In this document: in pieces, positions 1 through 9,813 of the stretch
Numbering within the stretch: position 1 is the first letter of the stretch
Layout: the number at the start of each line of letters is the position of its first letter
From: an uncultured Trueperaceae bacterium
GTDB lineage: Bacteria > Deinococcota > Deinococci > Deinococcales > Trueperaceae
Assembly (NCBI GenBank): GCA_963799485.1
Contig: CAWCXJ010000006.1
Location: 352,001-416,000 of the forward strand
DNA: 64,000 nt
Direction of reading: 5' to 3'
The notes under the pieces: model-generated
Database searches by the model: none
Seen by the model: the letters and a program-made list of their open reading frames with translations, nothing else
What the model was told of the DNA's origin: nothing
Translations under genes and position numbers: made by a program

Positions 1-339
1 GATGGCCTCGTCACCGGGCAATCTGAAGAGCCGTGGTCTGGGGTTGCCGGGTTGCGCGCGCGCCGTAATGCTCCCCACCTCGGCGGAGCCGAAGCCGAGC
101 GCCGCCCAAGTCGGCACGGCGACGGCGTTTTTATCGAACCCGGCGGCGAGCCCGACCGGGTTGGGGAAGGTGAGGCCGAAAGCGCGGGTCTCGAGGCGTG
201 GGTCGCGCACGCGGCACGCCGCACCTAAAAGCCGCAGCGCGCCTGGGTGTTCGGCGGCCCAGCCCAGCCCCTGCATGGCGCGTTCGTGAATACGCTCCGG
301 GTCGCTCCGAAAGAGGAGGGGCTTAAGCCGCGTGTACAT
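1..339 (-). CDS. pyrD: Quinone-dependent dihydroorotate dehydrogenase, N-terminal part (runs off window start; absent from ORF track)
   Basis: Manual translation from ATG 339: MYTRLKPLLFRSDPERIH...FPNPVGLAAGFDKNA...FGSAEVGSITARAQPGNPRPRLFRLP, class 2 DHOD motifs. Confidence 0.93.
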   Translation of the reverse strand, partial: MYTRLKPLLFRSDPERIHERAMQGLGWAAEHPGALRLLGAACRVRDPRLETRAFGLTFPNPVGLAAGFDKNAVAVPTWAALGFGSAEVGSITARAQPGNPRPRLFRLPGDEAI

Positions 340-450
340 TACCCCTGATTAAACCATTTTTGCCCCCTAGACCCTGTTTGCGTGTTTCGCGCACAACCTA
401 AAATATCCCGACCCTGACTGGGTAGCGGGTAAGTGTCTAGCGTTTCCCTG

Positions 451-1416
451 TTACCCGGCTGCGAAGGTCACGTGCGGGCTGCGCTGCTTTTGGCGGTACA
501 TCCGCCCGTCGGCCAGGCTGATCAGGCCGGGGAGTGTGGACGCTTCATCGGGGTAACTCGCCGAACCGAGATCGATATGCAGGGTAAGCGTTCCTACACT
601 CGTGCGGTACTCGCTGTGGGAAAAGTGCGCGACCCGTTCCGGCAGATTATCGGTGCCGCGCACGCCGAGCAGGAATTCGTCGCCGCCGTAGCGAATCACG
701 AGGTCGCCCCGGCGGACGCTGCTGTGGAGCCGCCCGGCAACCGCCCGGAGGAGTTCGTCGCCGACCCCGTGCCCGTAGGTGTCGTTGATCTCCTTGAACC
801 CCTTGAGATCGACAAAAACGAGTTGGAAGGGCGTCTCACCCCGAATCCAGGTCGTTAGCGCAGCGAGCCCGGCGCGGCGGTTGAGCATGCCCGTCAGTGG
901 GTCGGTCAACGCGTCTTGCTGCAGTTGGCTGATGGGTTTGATCAGATAACGCGCCATGATAGTCAGCCCAATGCCAAGGGCCACCACCGTCTTCCACGAG
1001 GGCTCCAAGCCGAGCGCAGTGGCGAGCAGATTGCCCGCTATCAAGTTGAAAATCTGCAAAGCTGTCAACCACGGAACCAGCCTGACCTGGGCAAACCAGA
1101 GCAGTTCACCGATCAACACCATAGCGACGATAAAAGCTGCGGCGCTGCTTGCACCCCCCGAAATCCCGATCAGGAAGACGACGCTAAGCTGGTCGTAAAA
1201 GAAGTTGAAAGTCGGCAGGCCGTCCCAGCGCGCCCCTATCAAGGTTCCGTTGACGAGCAGCTGAATTCCGGCCAGCGTACCAAACCAGAGTGTCCCACCC
1301 GGCAGCGTCTGGGCAAAAAAGCCGTAGTAGTAGAGCGCCACGAGGATAAGCGCAAAGGCTACCCGGCGTTGCAGGATACGCCCTTCTTCAGGCCAGTTGG
1401 TCGGAACGAACTTCAT
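451..1416 (-). CDS. Membrane-bound diguanylate cyclase (GGDEF)
   Basis: N-terminal TM helices, DPLTGMLNR, DLKGFKEINDTYGHGVGD, RRGD I-site then YGGDEF. Start re-assigned to ATG 1416 (TACAGT-N6-ATG). Confidence 0.9.
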   Translation of the reverse strand: MKFVPTNWPEEGRILQRRVAFALILVALYYYGFFAQTLPGGTLWFGTLAGIQLLVNGTLIGARWDGLPTFNFFYDQLSVVFLIGISGGASSAAAFIVAMVLIGELLWFAQVRLVPWLTALQIFNLIAGNLLATALGLEPSWKTVVALGIGLTIMARYLIKPISQLQQDALTDPLTGMLNRRAGLAALTTWIRGETPFQLVFVDLKGFKEINDTYGHGVGDELLRAVAGRLHSSVRRGDLVIRYGGDEFLLGVRGTDNLPERVAHFSHSEYRTSVGTLTLHIDLGSASYPDEASTLPGLISLADGRMYRQKQRSPHVTFAAG

Positions 1417-1563
1417 AAAGCTACTGTATAAGATAATCTCTGACAGCTTTCTTATTTTCTTTTCGGATGTCCTATTAGTGTCCGGACTTCGGGTTTTGCA
1501 ATACGCGTCAAGGTTAGGACAAGGGGCCTCGAGCCCCTCACCTGAAGACGCGAGCCTGACCAC

Positions 1564-1608
1564 CTTGTAGCCTGCTTGCTTGTAGCCTGCTTGCTTGTAG
1601 CCTGCTTG
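1564..1608. repeat. Perfect tandem repeat, 3 x 15 bp (CTTGTAGCCTGCTTG)
   Basis: Units at 1564-1578, 1579-1593 and 1594-1608, intergenic. Confidence 0.95.
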
Positions 1609-1719
1609 CCCGAAACGTCGGCAGGGGGCCAAACCGAACCCCGGCCCGACGCCGACGACAATACAGATACCAATACAGGTGCCGGCACAAACTTTAGCAC
1701 GTTGGGGGTATCACAATGT

Positions 1720-3534
1720 TTAGTCCCGTTGCCCGAGCGCCCGGTCTAGGTTAAAAGCCGCGCTGATCAAGCTCAGGTGCGTAAACGCTTGCGGAAAATT
1801 ACCCAGCGCCTCACCGTTCGGGCCGGTCTCTTCGGCGTAAAGACCCAGGTGGTTGGCGTAACCCAACATCCGCTCGAAGATGAGCCGCGCATCCTCGAGC
1901 TTTTTGGGGTCGGTGCCCCCGGCGCGGGTCAGCGCTTCGACAAGCCAGAAGGTGCACATATTAAAGGTGCCCTCTTCGCCCATCAGTCCGTCGGCGCTGC
2001 GCTCTAAGTTGTAACGAAATACCAGGCTGTCGGACAACAGCCCACCCTGATGCGGCGGCTTCCGGATGGCCTCTAACGTGCTGAGCATCCTTGGGTCGGT
2101 CGGCGAGATAAAAAACGTCAGCGGCATCAAAAGCGTCGCGGCGTCGAGCGCATCACTGTCGTAAGCTTGCGTAAACGCCTGACGTTCTTCGTTCCAACCA
2201 CGTTCCATAATCTCTTCGTAAATCCGGTCGCGCACCCCCAGCCACCGTTCGCGGTCGGACGGAAACGAGCGTTTGTCGGCTAAGCGCACCCCGCGGTCGA
2301 GCGCCACCCAGCACATCAACTTGGAATAAACGGCCTGATACGGCCCGCCGCGCGGCTCCCAGATGCTCTCATCCGGGCGCTGCCAGTTGTCGCAGACCCA
2401 GTTGAGCGTCCGCCTTACGTGCCGCCACAACTCGAACGAGATCGGCGTGCCGTATTTGTTGTACAAGTACACCGCGTCCATCAGCTCGCCGTAAATGTCT
2501 AGCTGAAGTTGCCTCGAGGCGTCGTTGCCGATCCGCACCGGAGTTGAGCCTTTATAGCCTTCTAAGTGTTCCAAAGTTTCTTCGTGCAGCGGATTTTGCT
2601 CTCCGATACGGTACATGATGTCGAGCGAACCGTCTTCGCTGTGCGCCAGCGCGGTCTCACCCAACCAGTCCATAAACGCCGCCGCCTCCTCGGTAAAGCC
2701 GATACGCAGGAGCCCGTAAAGCGAAAACGCCGCGTCCCGAATCCAGGTATAGCGGTAGTCCCAGTTGCGTTCACCACCGAGCGTTTCCGGAAGACTTGCT
2801 GTAGCCGCCGCAACGAGCGCGCCCGTCGGGGCAAAAGTCAGGAGCTTAAGGGCCAGCGCCGAACGGTGAACCGTCTCGCGCCAACGCCCCTGATAGGTGC
2901 ATTTAGAAAGCCAGCGCCGCCAATAGCTGACGGTATCGTCGAACGACGCTTCCATCTCATGCTCACTGGGGCAAGGGTGTACGTCCGAACCGTCAAGCGG
3001 TGCCAGCACAAAACTGAGCGTCTCGCCTTCACCGATGGTGAACTCGGTAGACACGCCCCCACTCTCTTCTTTAAGCGGGGCGCGGGTGACAAGTGAAAGG
3101 CTGAAGTCGGGGGTACGGAAGACCACGCCGTCTGCGGAATGCTCGAGCGTATGCGCGTCTTGGGCAAAGTTAAATGCAGGCTGACAGACTGCGCGAAAGG
3201 GCAGTTGACCCCGGACACAGTGAACCCGCCGCACGAGGCGCTGCACGCCGTTGATCGGCATAAAGTCCACGACTTCGGCGACTCCTTCGGGCGACAAAAA
3301 GCGCGTCACCAAGACGTTGGTGTCGGGCCAGTAGAGCTGTTTGGTGGTTACGTCATCGGAGGTCGGGATAATCTGGAAACGCCCGCCCTTAGAATCATCC
3401 AAAATCGCGCAGAACACGCTCGGCGAGTCGAAATGCGGCAGGCAGAGCCAGTCGAGCGAGCCGTTTTTGCCGATGAGGGCCGCAGTACGCAGGTCGCCGA
3501 TGACGCCGTAGTCTTCGATAGGTTGATAGGGCAT
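1720..3534 (-). CDS. Glycoside hydrolase family 15 (glucoamylase/trehalase-like)
   Basis: [45 protein letters not shown] motifs. Confidence 0.92.
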   Translation of the reverse strand: MPYQPIEDYGVIGDLRTAALIGKNGSLDWLCLPHFDSPSVFCAILDDSKGGRFQIIPTSDDVTTKQLYWPDTNVLVTRFLSPEGVAEVVDFMPINGVQRLVRRVHCVRGQLPFRAVCQPAFNFAQDAHTLEHSADGVVFRTPDFSLSLVTRAPLKEESGGVSTEFTIGEGETLSFVLAPLDGSDVHPCPSEHEMEASFDDTVSYWRRWLSKCTYQGRWRETVHRSALALKLLTFAPTGALVAAATASLPETLGGERNWDYRYTWIRDAAFSLYGLLRIGFTEEAAAFMDWLGETALAHSEDGSLDIMYRIGEQNPLHEETLEHLEGYKGSTPVRIGNDASRQLQLDIYGELMDAVYLYNKYGTPISFELWRHVRRTLNWVCDNWQRPDESIWEPRGGPYQAVYSKLMCWVALDRGVRLADKRSFPSDRERWLGVRDRIYEEIMERGWNEERQAFTQAYDSDALDAATLLMPLTFFISPTDPRMLSTLEAIRKPPHQGGLLSDSLVFRYNLERSADGLMGEEGTFNMCTFWLVEALTRAGGTDPKKLEDARLIFERMLGYANHLGLYAEETGPNGEALGNFPQAFTHLSLISAAFNLDRALGQRD

Positions 3535-3690
3535 CCTGAGTACTCCTGAGGGGGATAATCGTGTTACCTAAACTAGCTAGTACATCTTAACCCGTAAAGG
3601 ACGGGACTCGAGGGCCATAGGTACGCCACCACGCGAATAAGTAAGCGTAGGAAAAGATTGGCTTGCAGAAATCGAATATGCAAAAAAGGG

Positions 3691-4104
3691 CTAAAGAGCC
3701 GCCAATGTGATCAAGAGTTCTTCAGGCGTAAACACCCTCAGAGGTACGCTCTTAAAATCTTTAGTGTTTCGAGTCACAACAGCGTCGAGTCTTAAGAGCA
3801 GGGCAGCTTCAACGAGAACCGCATCTTCGTAATCCTTCAGGGGAGAAACAAGGGCTTTAGTCAAGATTTCATGATTGACCGCAGCAACGCCGAAAAGTGC
3901 GAAAAGCTTCTCTAATTCTGTTCGGGAACCATCTCGAAGGGCTTTCTCGAGAAAACAGTAAAGCGTCGTCACCGTCGTTGCGCCTCGAAAACCCTTGAGC
4001 TTGCCCAATTCTACATAAGCAGAAAGCTTAGCGGCATCTTCATAAAAAGGCTGACGGCGGAGCAGTACATCTAAAACGATGTTGGTATCAAAAAGAACCC
4101 TCAA
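3691..4104 (-). CDS. PIN-domain protein (VapC-like toxin)
   Basis: VLFDTNIVLD...DYEDAV...VVTRNTKDF; overlaps upstream antitoxin by 4 nt. Confidence 0.9.
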   Translation of the reverse strand: MRVLFDTNIVLDVLLRRQPFYEDAAKLSAYVELGKLKGFRGATTVTTLYCFLEKALRDGSRTELEKLFALFGVAAVNHEILTKALVSPLKDYEDAVLVEAALLLRLDAVVTRNTKDFKSVPLRVFTPEELLITLAAL

Positions 4105-4337
4105 GCGTGTTTTTTCTCGAGGTATCTGTAGTAGTCCGCTTCATCTACATCCGTACCAGCGAGTACGCCGCTCAGCGAACGTGTAATCGGCGGCAAAGCT
4201 CCTTCATCGAACGGTTCGCCAAGCTGGGCAAAGTAGTCTGCGACGAGTTGCGACACAGATTTCCCGGACGCTTCGGCGTGGCGTTTTGCGCGTTCGATGA
4301 GGGTTTGCTCGAGTTCTAGCGTCAGCTTGGCCTGCAT
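4101..4337 (-). CDS. Ribbon-helix-helix antitoxin (DUF6364-like)
   Basis: MQAKLTLELEQTLIERAKRHA...SVSQLVADYF...PITRSLSG...YLEKKH, directly upstream of the PIN gene. Confidence 0.85.
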   Translation of the reverse strand: MQAKLTLELEQTLIERAKRHAEASGKSVSQLVADYFAQLGEPFDEGALPPITRSLSGVLAGTDVDEADYYRYLEKKHA

Positions 4338-4407
4338 GGGTTTATATTACTCGGTTCAGAGAAGTTTTACTGAATTGTGGGCTCGAGAGCTAGATGTTCT
4401 GCCTCAT

Positions 4408-5256
4408 CTAAGAAATCTCCAACGTCAGAGCGCCATTTGAAAGTAATTCAACTTCTCCGTTGGAACTAAGTTTTGCAGATTTAGACAAATCGTCAGTCAA
4501 CAAATCCCCGAACACTTTATCGAAAATTTCGGCTTTCGCTTCTCTCTTGTTTGACTTGTCACCTAGTTTGACAAGTAAATATGCCATCGCAAAATTTCCA
4601 AACACATCAGCTGCTTGAATTAACCTAGATTTTGCGTCACTGACTACTCGGAAACCATTATTTGAAAGCGCCGGGGAATTAGGAAACTGTTTTTTTCCAA
4701 TTCCGTTATAAATTGCTCTAAGAATAGTTTCAGCCTTTACGTCAAGTGATAATGATTCAGGTTTGTAAATCGCTACCGTCTGAGAGAACTTCCTTGTAAC
4801 GTCGTCTCGGTCAAGTTCTATCTCAACCGAGGTGCTTCCTGACAAACCACTAAGTCGCTTCTGTAAATCAAGCAGACCAGGCATGAGTTTGCTTACTTGC
4901 TCTTCTGCATCGGCACTCAAAACATTAGCTTGCGCCATCGAATTTTTTACTATTCTGCCGACGAAAGGCAAGTATTTACTTTTCCAGCTCTCATTCATCA
5001 AAGTGAAAACGAGTAAAGATGATAGATTGTTCTCAGCTACTTGTCTAATTAAAAGTAAAAACCGATGGTATTCATTCGTTTCTTGTTTTTTGAATTTTTT
5101 GCCGTGAAAAACACGTTTAGACAAACTAGAGCCAATTTTGTCTGCTTCCACAGTAAACTTTGGAAACTGCAATTTAGGGAGGACTAAATATGACCAGCCT
5201 TCAGAAAGCTGTGTCTCGGTTGCAATTTCATCCAGTCCAACGATTAGTTCAGGCAT
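4408..5256 (-). CDS. AT-rich DUF3800-like protein (putative RNase H-like acidic fold)
   Basis: N-terminal IVGLDE, FHGKKF, central IELD, C-terminal DAKSRLIQAAD match the DE...H...D...QxAD pattern; markedly lower GC than neighbours. Confidence 0.65.
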   Translation of the reverse strand: MPELIVGLDEIATETQLSEGWSYLVLPKLQFPKFTVEADKIGSSLSKRVFHGKKFKKQETNEYHRFLLLIRQVAENNLSSLLVFTLMNESWKSKYLPFVGRIVKNSMAQANVLSADAEEQVSKLMPGLLDLQKRLSGLSGSTSVEIELDRDDVTRKFSQTVAIYKPESLSLDVKAETILRAIYNGIGKKQFPNSPALSNNGFRVVSDAKSRLIQAADVFGNFAMAYLLVKLGDKSNKREAKAEIFDKVFGDLLTDDLSKSAKLSSNGEVELLSNGALTLEIS

Positions 5257-5280
5257 GTACCCTCTATAACGACTTTCGAC

Positions 5281-6522
5281 CTACTTCTTTGATGATAATA
5301 AGGAAATCGTCTTTTCCGCAAGCTTACTCATCGCCTCCACCGACATCTCAATATGCTCTTCTTTCGTATCCTCGATCTTGTTGTGCGAAATCCCGTGCAG
5401 GCTCTGCACGAACATCATCACCGTCGGAATCCCGGCCTGCGCGACCTCGGCGGCGTCGTGTAGCGGCCCACTCGGAAGCCGGTGCGAGGTGCCGCACGTT
5501 TCCCGGACGGCCTCGTCGCACAGGTCGATGAGCGTGTCGTCGAACAAGATGGGCGCAATCTGCCAGAGCTTGTCCCAGTGTACGGTGACGTTGCCCGCTC
5601 TAGCAAAACGCTCGCTGGCGTCTTTCGCATCTCGTAGCATGGCGGCGAGGTCGTCCGCGCTCAGGTTCCTTTGGTCGAGGGTAATGCGGCACTCCTCGAC
5701 GACGCTCGTAACGATGCCCGGTTTGGTGGTGCAGCTGCCGATGGTGCAGACACCGCCGCGCCGACCTGTAATCTCGTAGATTTCCGGGCTCATCCGGGCG
5801 GCGGCTAAAAAGGCGTCTTTGCGTTTGTCCATCGGGGTCGAGCCGGAGTGCGCGGCCTGACCGTAAAAGGTCATGGCGTGACGTTCGACGCCGAAGGTAC
5901 CTAAAACCGCGCCGAGGGGTAAATCCATATCGAGCAGCACCGGCCCCTGTTCGACGTGAAGCTCCAAGTACGCCGCTGCATTCTCGAGCTCTTCATGTGC
6001 CTCGTGCATTCGGTCTAACTCAACGCCGCAACGTTTCAGCGCGTCCGGCAGCGCAATCCCGTCCTTGTCGGTACGGCCCCGCTCGTCGTCCGGGTTCATG
6101 GTGCCGCAACACGCCGACGAACCCAAGAGCGAACGCCCAAACCGTGCGCCCTCTTCGTCGGCCCAGTCTACGAGCCGCACCGTAACGGGCGGTCTACCGC
6201 CGTAAACGTCGCTCAGGTGCCGCACGACCTCGAGCCCCGCCAGCACGTTCAAACAGCCGTCGAGCCAGCCGCCGTTGGGAACCGAGTCCATATGCCCGCC
6301 GATGATTAAAACTTTGTCCGATTCACCCTTAAGCGTAGACCAGACGTTTCCGGCGGCGTCCATATGGGTCTCGAGCGGCAGTGCGTCGAGCTTTTCCCGG
6401 AGCCATTTGCGACTCGTAAGCCAGGTATCGCTCCAGGCGACGCGCTGCGCGCCCCCTTCGTCGCCCGTAAGGGCGCGGAGGTCTTTGAGTTCAGCGACGG
6501 TGCGTTTGGGATTGAGTGCCAT
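5281..6522 (-). CDS. M20 Zn-dependent amidohydrolase (N-carbamoyl-amino acid/allantoate amidohydrolase family)
   Basis: GGHMDSVPNGGWLDG, DEEGARFG, ELHVEQGP, AHSGSTPM, SGPLHDA, GISHN. Confidence 0.9.
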   Translation of the reverse strand: MALNPKRTVAELKDLRALTGDEGGAQRVAWSDTWLTSRKWLREKLDALPLETHMDAAGNVWSTLKGESDKVLIIGGHMDSVPNGGWLDGCLNVLAGLEVVRHLSDVYGGRPPVTVRLVDWADEEGARFGRSLLGSSACCGTMNPDDERGRTDKDGIALPDALKRCGVELDRMHEAHEELENAAAYLELHVEQGPVLLDMDLPLGAVLGTFGVERHAMTFYGQAAHSGSTPMDKRKDAFLAAARMSPEIYEITGRRGGVCTIGSCTTKPGIVTSVVEECRITLDQRNLSADDLAAMLRDAKDASERFARAGNVTVHWDKLWQIAPILFDDTLIDLCDEAVRETCGTSHRLPSGPLHDAAEVAQAGIPTVMMFVQSLHGISHNKIEDTKEEHIEMSVEAMSKLAEKTISLLSSKK

Positions 6523-6678
6523 AGACGATTGTAGCGCAGGTGTCTTCTGCGAACAAATACGCTTGCCAGGGCAAACCCTGTTCCCGGTTCACGTTCTGTG
6601 ACGCTGCCCGTAGACGCCGTAAAAACCGGGCGCGAGCTACGCGGTAAAGATCGGACTTAGGCAACAAACACCATTGGA

Positions 6679-7587
6679 CTAAACCTCGAGGTTCCGCTCC
6701 GTGCGCGGTTCTATCTCTAGCTCCGGCTGCACTTCAGCCGGGTGTTGCCGCTTCGGGCGTCCGCCCTGCGTCAGACGGTCGAGCACCACCGCCATGATCA
6801 CGATGGCTAGTCCCGCCTCGAAACCGAGGCCGATGTCGAGCGTGTTCATCCCGCGAATGACCTCCTGGCCCAGCCCGCCCGCCCCGATCAGCGCGGCAAT
6901 CACGACCATCGAGAGCGAGAGCATAATCGACTGGTTGACGCCTGCTAGCAGGGTCGGCAGCGCGAGGGGCAGTTCGACCTTGACGAGCCGTTGCCACCGC
7001 GTACCCCCAAACGCGTCGGACGCTTCAGTTACGTCTTGCGGGACGTTCCGGAGGCCTAAGTTGGTCAGGCGGACAAGCGGCGGCATCGCAAAAATCACGG
7101 TGGCGACGACTCCCGGCACCAAGCCGAGGCCGAAAAACGTCACCGCCGGAATCAGGTAGACAAACGACGGCATCGTCTGCATAAAGTCGAGTACCGGGCG
7201 CACCAGGCGTTCGGCAACCCGGCTGAACGCCATCAAAATACCGAGCGGAACGCCCAGCAGCACCGTGACGATTTCTGCGGAGAGTACCAGCGTCAGGGTC
7301 AGCAAAAACGCGTCCCAGAGCCCCAGATTGACGACGAGCAGGAGGCTGAGGAGGGCGAATATCGCGGTGCGGACGCCGCGCAGTCGCCACAAGAGAAGCG
7401 CCACGAGGCCGATTAAGAGCCAGAAGGGGAAGAGTTCCAGGCCCTTATTCAACCCTTCAATGAGCGTAAGTGCGCCGCTGCTAAAGGTGTCGAAGCTGCC
7501 GGAGAAGGTGCGCTCGAGCCAGTCCACCCCGCCGTTCACCCAGCCGCCGAGGGGAATCCCCTCTTGAAGCCAGGTTGGCAGGCTCAC
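6679..7587 (-). CDS. proW: Glycine betaine/proline ABC transporter permease (ProW/OpuAB)
   Basis: PVLDFMQTMPSFVYLIP, VELPLALP, GVNQSIMLSLSMVV. Confidence 0.9.
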   Translation of the reverse strand: MSLPTWLQEGIPLGGWVNGGVDWLERTFSGSFDTFSSGALTLIEGLNKGLELFPFWLLIGLVALLLWRLRGVRTAIFALLSLLLVVNLGLWDAFLLTLTLVLSAEIVTVLLGVPLGILMAFSRVAERLVRPVLDFMQTMPSFVYLIPAVTFFGLGLVPGVVATVIFAMPPLVRLTNLGLRNVPQDVTEASDAFGGTRWQRLVKVELPLALPTLLAGVNQSIMLSLSMVVIAALIGAGGLGQEVIRGMNTLDIGLGFEAGLAIVIMAVVLDRLTQGGRPKRQHPAEVQPELEIEPRTERNLEV

Positions 7588-8627
7588 GCGCTGCGCCCCA
7601 AAGCTGCCAAAACGTTTTGCGGCGTAACGGTGCCGAGCAGCTGACCGCCCTCGCCGACGACCGCAACGACCGCGTGTTGTGAGGAGAGCCGAACGACGTC
7701 TCTGAGCGGTGTTTCGGGGCCGACGCGGTGTTCGGGTACGGCGGCTCCGCTCACAGGCGCGTGCATCACGCTGCCGGCGGTCAGCACCGCCGTTTTATCG
7801 ACACCTGCGACAAACGCTGCGACGTAGCTGTTGGCAGGCTGCATGACAATCTCCTCGGGCGTGCCGACCTGTTGTACCTGTCCGCCTTTGAGGAGCGCCA
7901 CCCGGTCGCCGAGCCGGAGCGCTTCGTCCATATCGTGCGTGACCAAGACGATGGTTTTTTGCAGGCGTCGTTGCAAGTTCAAGAGTTCGCCCTGCAACTC
8001 GCGCCGGGTAATCGGATCGAGGGCGCTGAAGGGCTCGTCCATAAGCAAGATATCGCCGCCTAGAGCAAGCGCCCGCGCCAGCCCGAGGCGCTGCTGCATC
8101 CCGCCTGAGAGTTCGCGCGGGTAACGCTCCCCCAACCCGCCCAAGCCGACGAGCCTCAGCACTTCCCGGGCGCGGCGCAGCCGTTCGGGTTTAGGGACGT
8201 GTTGCAGCTCGAGCCCGAACAGCACGTTGCCCAACACCGTCCGGTGCGGCAAAAGCGCAAACCCCTGAAAGACCATGCCGCTAAAAAGTTTCCGGCGCAG
8301 CGCAATCAACTCTCTACGCTTTAATGTGTCCAAATAGGTATCGCCGACCCTGACCCGTCCGGCGGTGGGTTGGTGAAGCCCGTTGAGCAGCCGCAACAGC
8401 GTTGATTTGCCCGAGCCCGAAAGCCCCATCAAGACGAAAATCTGCCCCTGCGGAATGCTCAGCGAGACGTCGAAAAGGCCCAAGCTTTCGCCCCCGCCGG
8501 TACGCCCGGACGCCGCAAAACGTGCTAATGCAGCCTCCGGTTGGGGGCCGTAAACCTTCGAGACGTGCTCGAGGGAGAGCTGCACGGGTACTTTTACGGC
8601 GGGCCGGGTTAAAGGCGCTGGTGTCAC
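7584..8627 (-). CDS. proV: Glycine betaine/proline ABC transporter ATP-binding subunit (ProV/OpuAA)
   Basis: GLSGSGKST, LSGGMQQR, LLMDEPFSALDP, C-terminal CBS-like tail. Confidence 0.9.
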   Translation of the reverse strand: MTPAPLTRPAVKVPVQLSLEHVSKVYGPQPEAALARFAASGRTGGGESLGLFDVSLSIPQGQIFVLMGLSGSGKSTLLRLLNGLHQPTAGRVRVGDTYLDTLKRRELIALRRKLFSGMVFQGFALLPHRTVLGNVLFGLELQHVPKPERLRRAREVLRLVGLGGLGERYPRELSGGMQQRLGLARALALGGDILLMDEPFSALDPITRRELQGELLNLQRRLQKTIVLVTHDMDEALRLGDRVALLKGGQVQQVGTPEEIVMQPANSYVAAFVAGVDKTAVLTAGSVMHAPVSGAAVPEHRVGPETPLRDVVRLSSQHAVVAVVGEGGQLLGTVTPQNVLAALGRSA

Positions 8628-8812
8628 GGGTCAGCTTAACATTCGGTGAGGGTTGCGCCGTAATGCTTTGAGATGCACCGACAAGAGCAGGCGGACGCAT
8701 TACCGGAAAAACTTGCACTCTGGGATATAAAGGTAGGGTCGAAAGACAGTAACACGTACTAAATCAACATTGCAGCGGTACTAAACCAAGTTGTAAAAAC
8801 GAGAGGAAACGG

Positions 8813-9733
8813 ATGCTAAAACGCGTAATGTGCTTGTTGGGAATTGTGTCGGTGCTGAGTTTGGGGGCCGCTCAAGAGGTCGATTTCGGTTACGTCGAGT
8901 GGCCCGAAGCCGTGATGAAAACGCACGTCGTTTCGGACGTGCTGGAAGCCATGGGTTTTGAGACGACGATGCAATCTCTGAGTGTTCCGCTCGTCTTAAA
9001 AGGCGTTTCGACCGGCGACCTCGATGTGTTCTTAGAGACCTGGTTGCCGAGTATGCAGAGCATGGTCGAGCCTTATCTGGCGGACGGCTCGCTGACGATG
9101 AGCGCCCGTAACCTCGAGGGCACCTTGTACCGCGCCGCCGTCCCGACCTACGTTTACGAGGCGGGTGTGACCTCGATTGCCGACCTTGCGCCAAACGCCG
9201 AGCAGTTTAGCAGCGAGTATTACGGCATCGAACCGGGCAACGACGGCAACGAGATCATGCGTAAGGCCATTGAAGCCGACACCTACGGCCTGTCGGACTG
9301 GAAGCTTGTCGAGAGTTCCGAACAGGGGATGCTGCAGATGGTGGGGCGCGCGACCGAGCGCGGTGACTGGATTGTTTTCTCGGGTTGGAAACCGCACTGG
9401 ATGAATACGGCCTTTGACATCTCGTACTTAGACGACCCCGAAGACATCTGGGGCGGCGAAGGGTACGTCGCTACGGTGGCGAACACGCAGTATTTGGAGG
9501 CGAATCCTAACCTGGCACGGTTTTTCAGGCAGTTTACGGTCACAACTGAAACGCAGAGCGGCTGGATTGAAGCGTACGGACGTCAGGGGCGTGATCCGGA
9601 AGAGGTCTCAGGCGCGTGGATTCGGGCGAACCTGGCGACCGTTAAAGGTTGGGCCGAAGGCGTTAAAACGGCGGATGGGGAAGACGCGGGGGCGGCGCTC
9701 GAGGCCGCCTTCGGCACTACCGCGCCGAACTAA
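8813..9733 (+). CDS. proX: Glycine betaine ABC transporter substrate-binding protein (ProX/OpuAC), divergently transcribed
   Basis: Signal peptide, GYVEWPE, ETWLP, YGIEPGNDGN, GWKPHWMN. Confidence 0.88.
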   Translation: MLKRVMCLLGIVSVLSLGAAQEVDFGYVEWPEAVMKTHVVSDVLEAMGFETTMQSLSVPLVLKGVSTGDLDVFLETWLPSMQSMVEPYLADGSLTMSARNLEGTLYRAAVPTYVYEAGVTSIADLAPNAEQFSSEYYGIEPGNDGNEIMRKAIEADTYGLSDWKLVESSEQGMLQMVGRATERGDWIVFSGWKPHWMNTAFDISYLDDPEDIWGGEGYVATVANTQYLEANPNLARFFRQFTVTTETQSGWIEAYGRQGRDPEEVSGAWIRANLATVKGWAEGVKTADGEDAGAALEAAFGTTAPN

Positions 9734-9749
9734 CGACATCTGGCTTACG

Positions 9750-9790
9750 AAAAAATAAGGGAGGCCGCTTTGACGGCCTCCCTGTTTTGT
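9750..9790. terminator. Bidirectional intrinsic terminator between proX and xylA
   Basis: AGGGAGGCCG-ctttga-CGGCCTCCCT stem flanked by A-rich and T-rich tracts between convergent genes. Confidence 0.85.
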
Positions 9791-9813
9791 TCTCGAGATT
9801 TTAACTGCCAGCT

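Noticed and set aside
1564..1608. Possible CRISPR array
   Set aside because: Contiguous 15-bp units with no spacers and no cas genes
1417..1700. N-terminal extension of the GGDEF ORF and the 82-aa ORF at 1452-1700
   Set aside because: Both read through the tandem repeat and intergenic DNA; a better start exists at 1416
6566..6610. CAGGGCAAACC, a c-di-GMP riboswitch-like start
   Set aside because: No GNRA stem or GACGCAAA element follows, and it is on the wrong strand for the neighbouring genes
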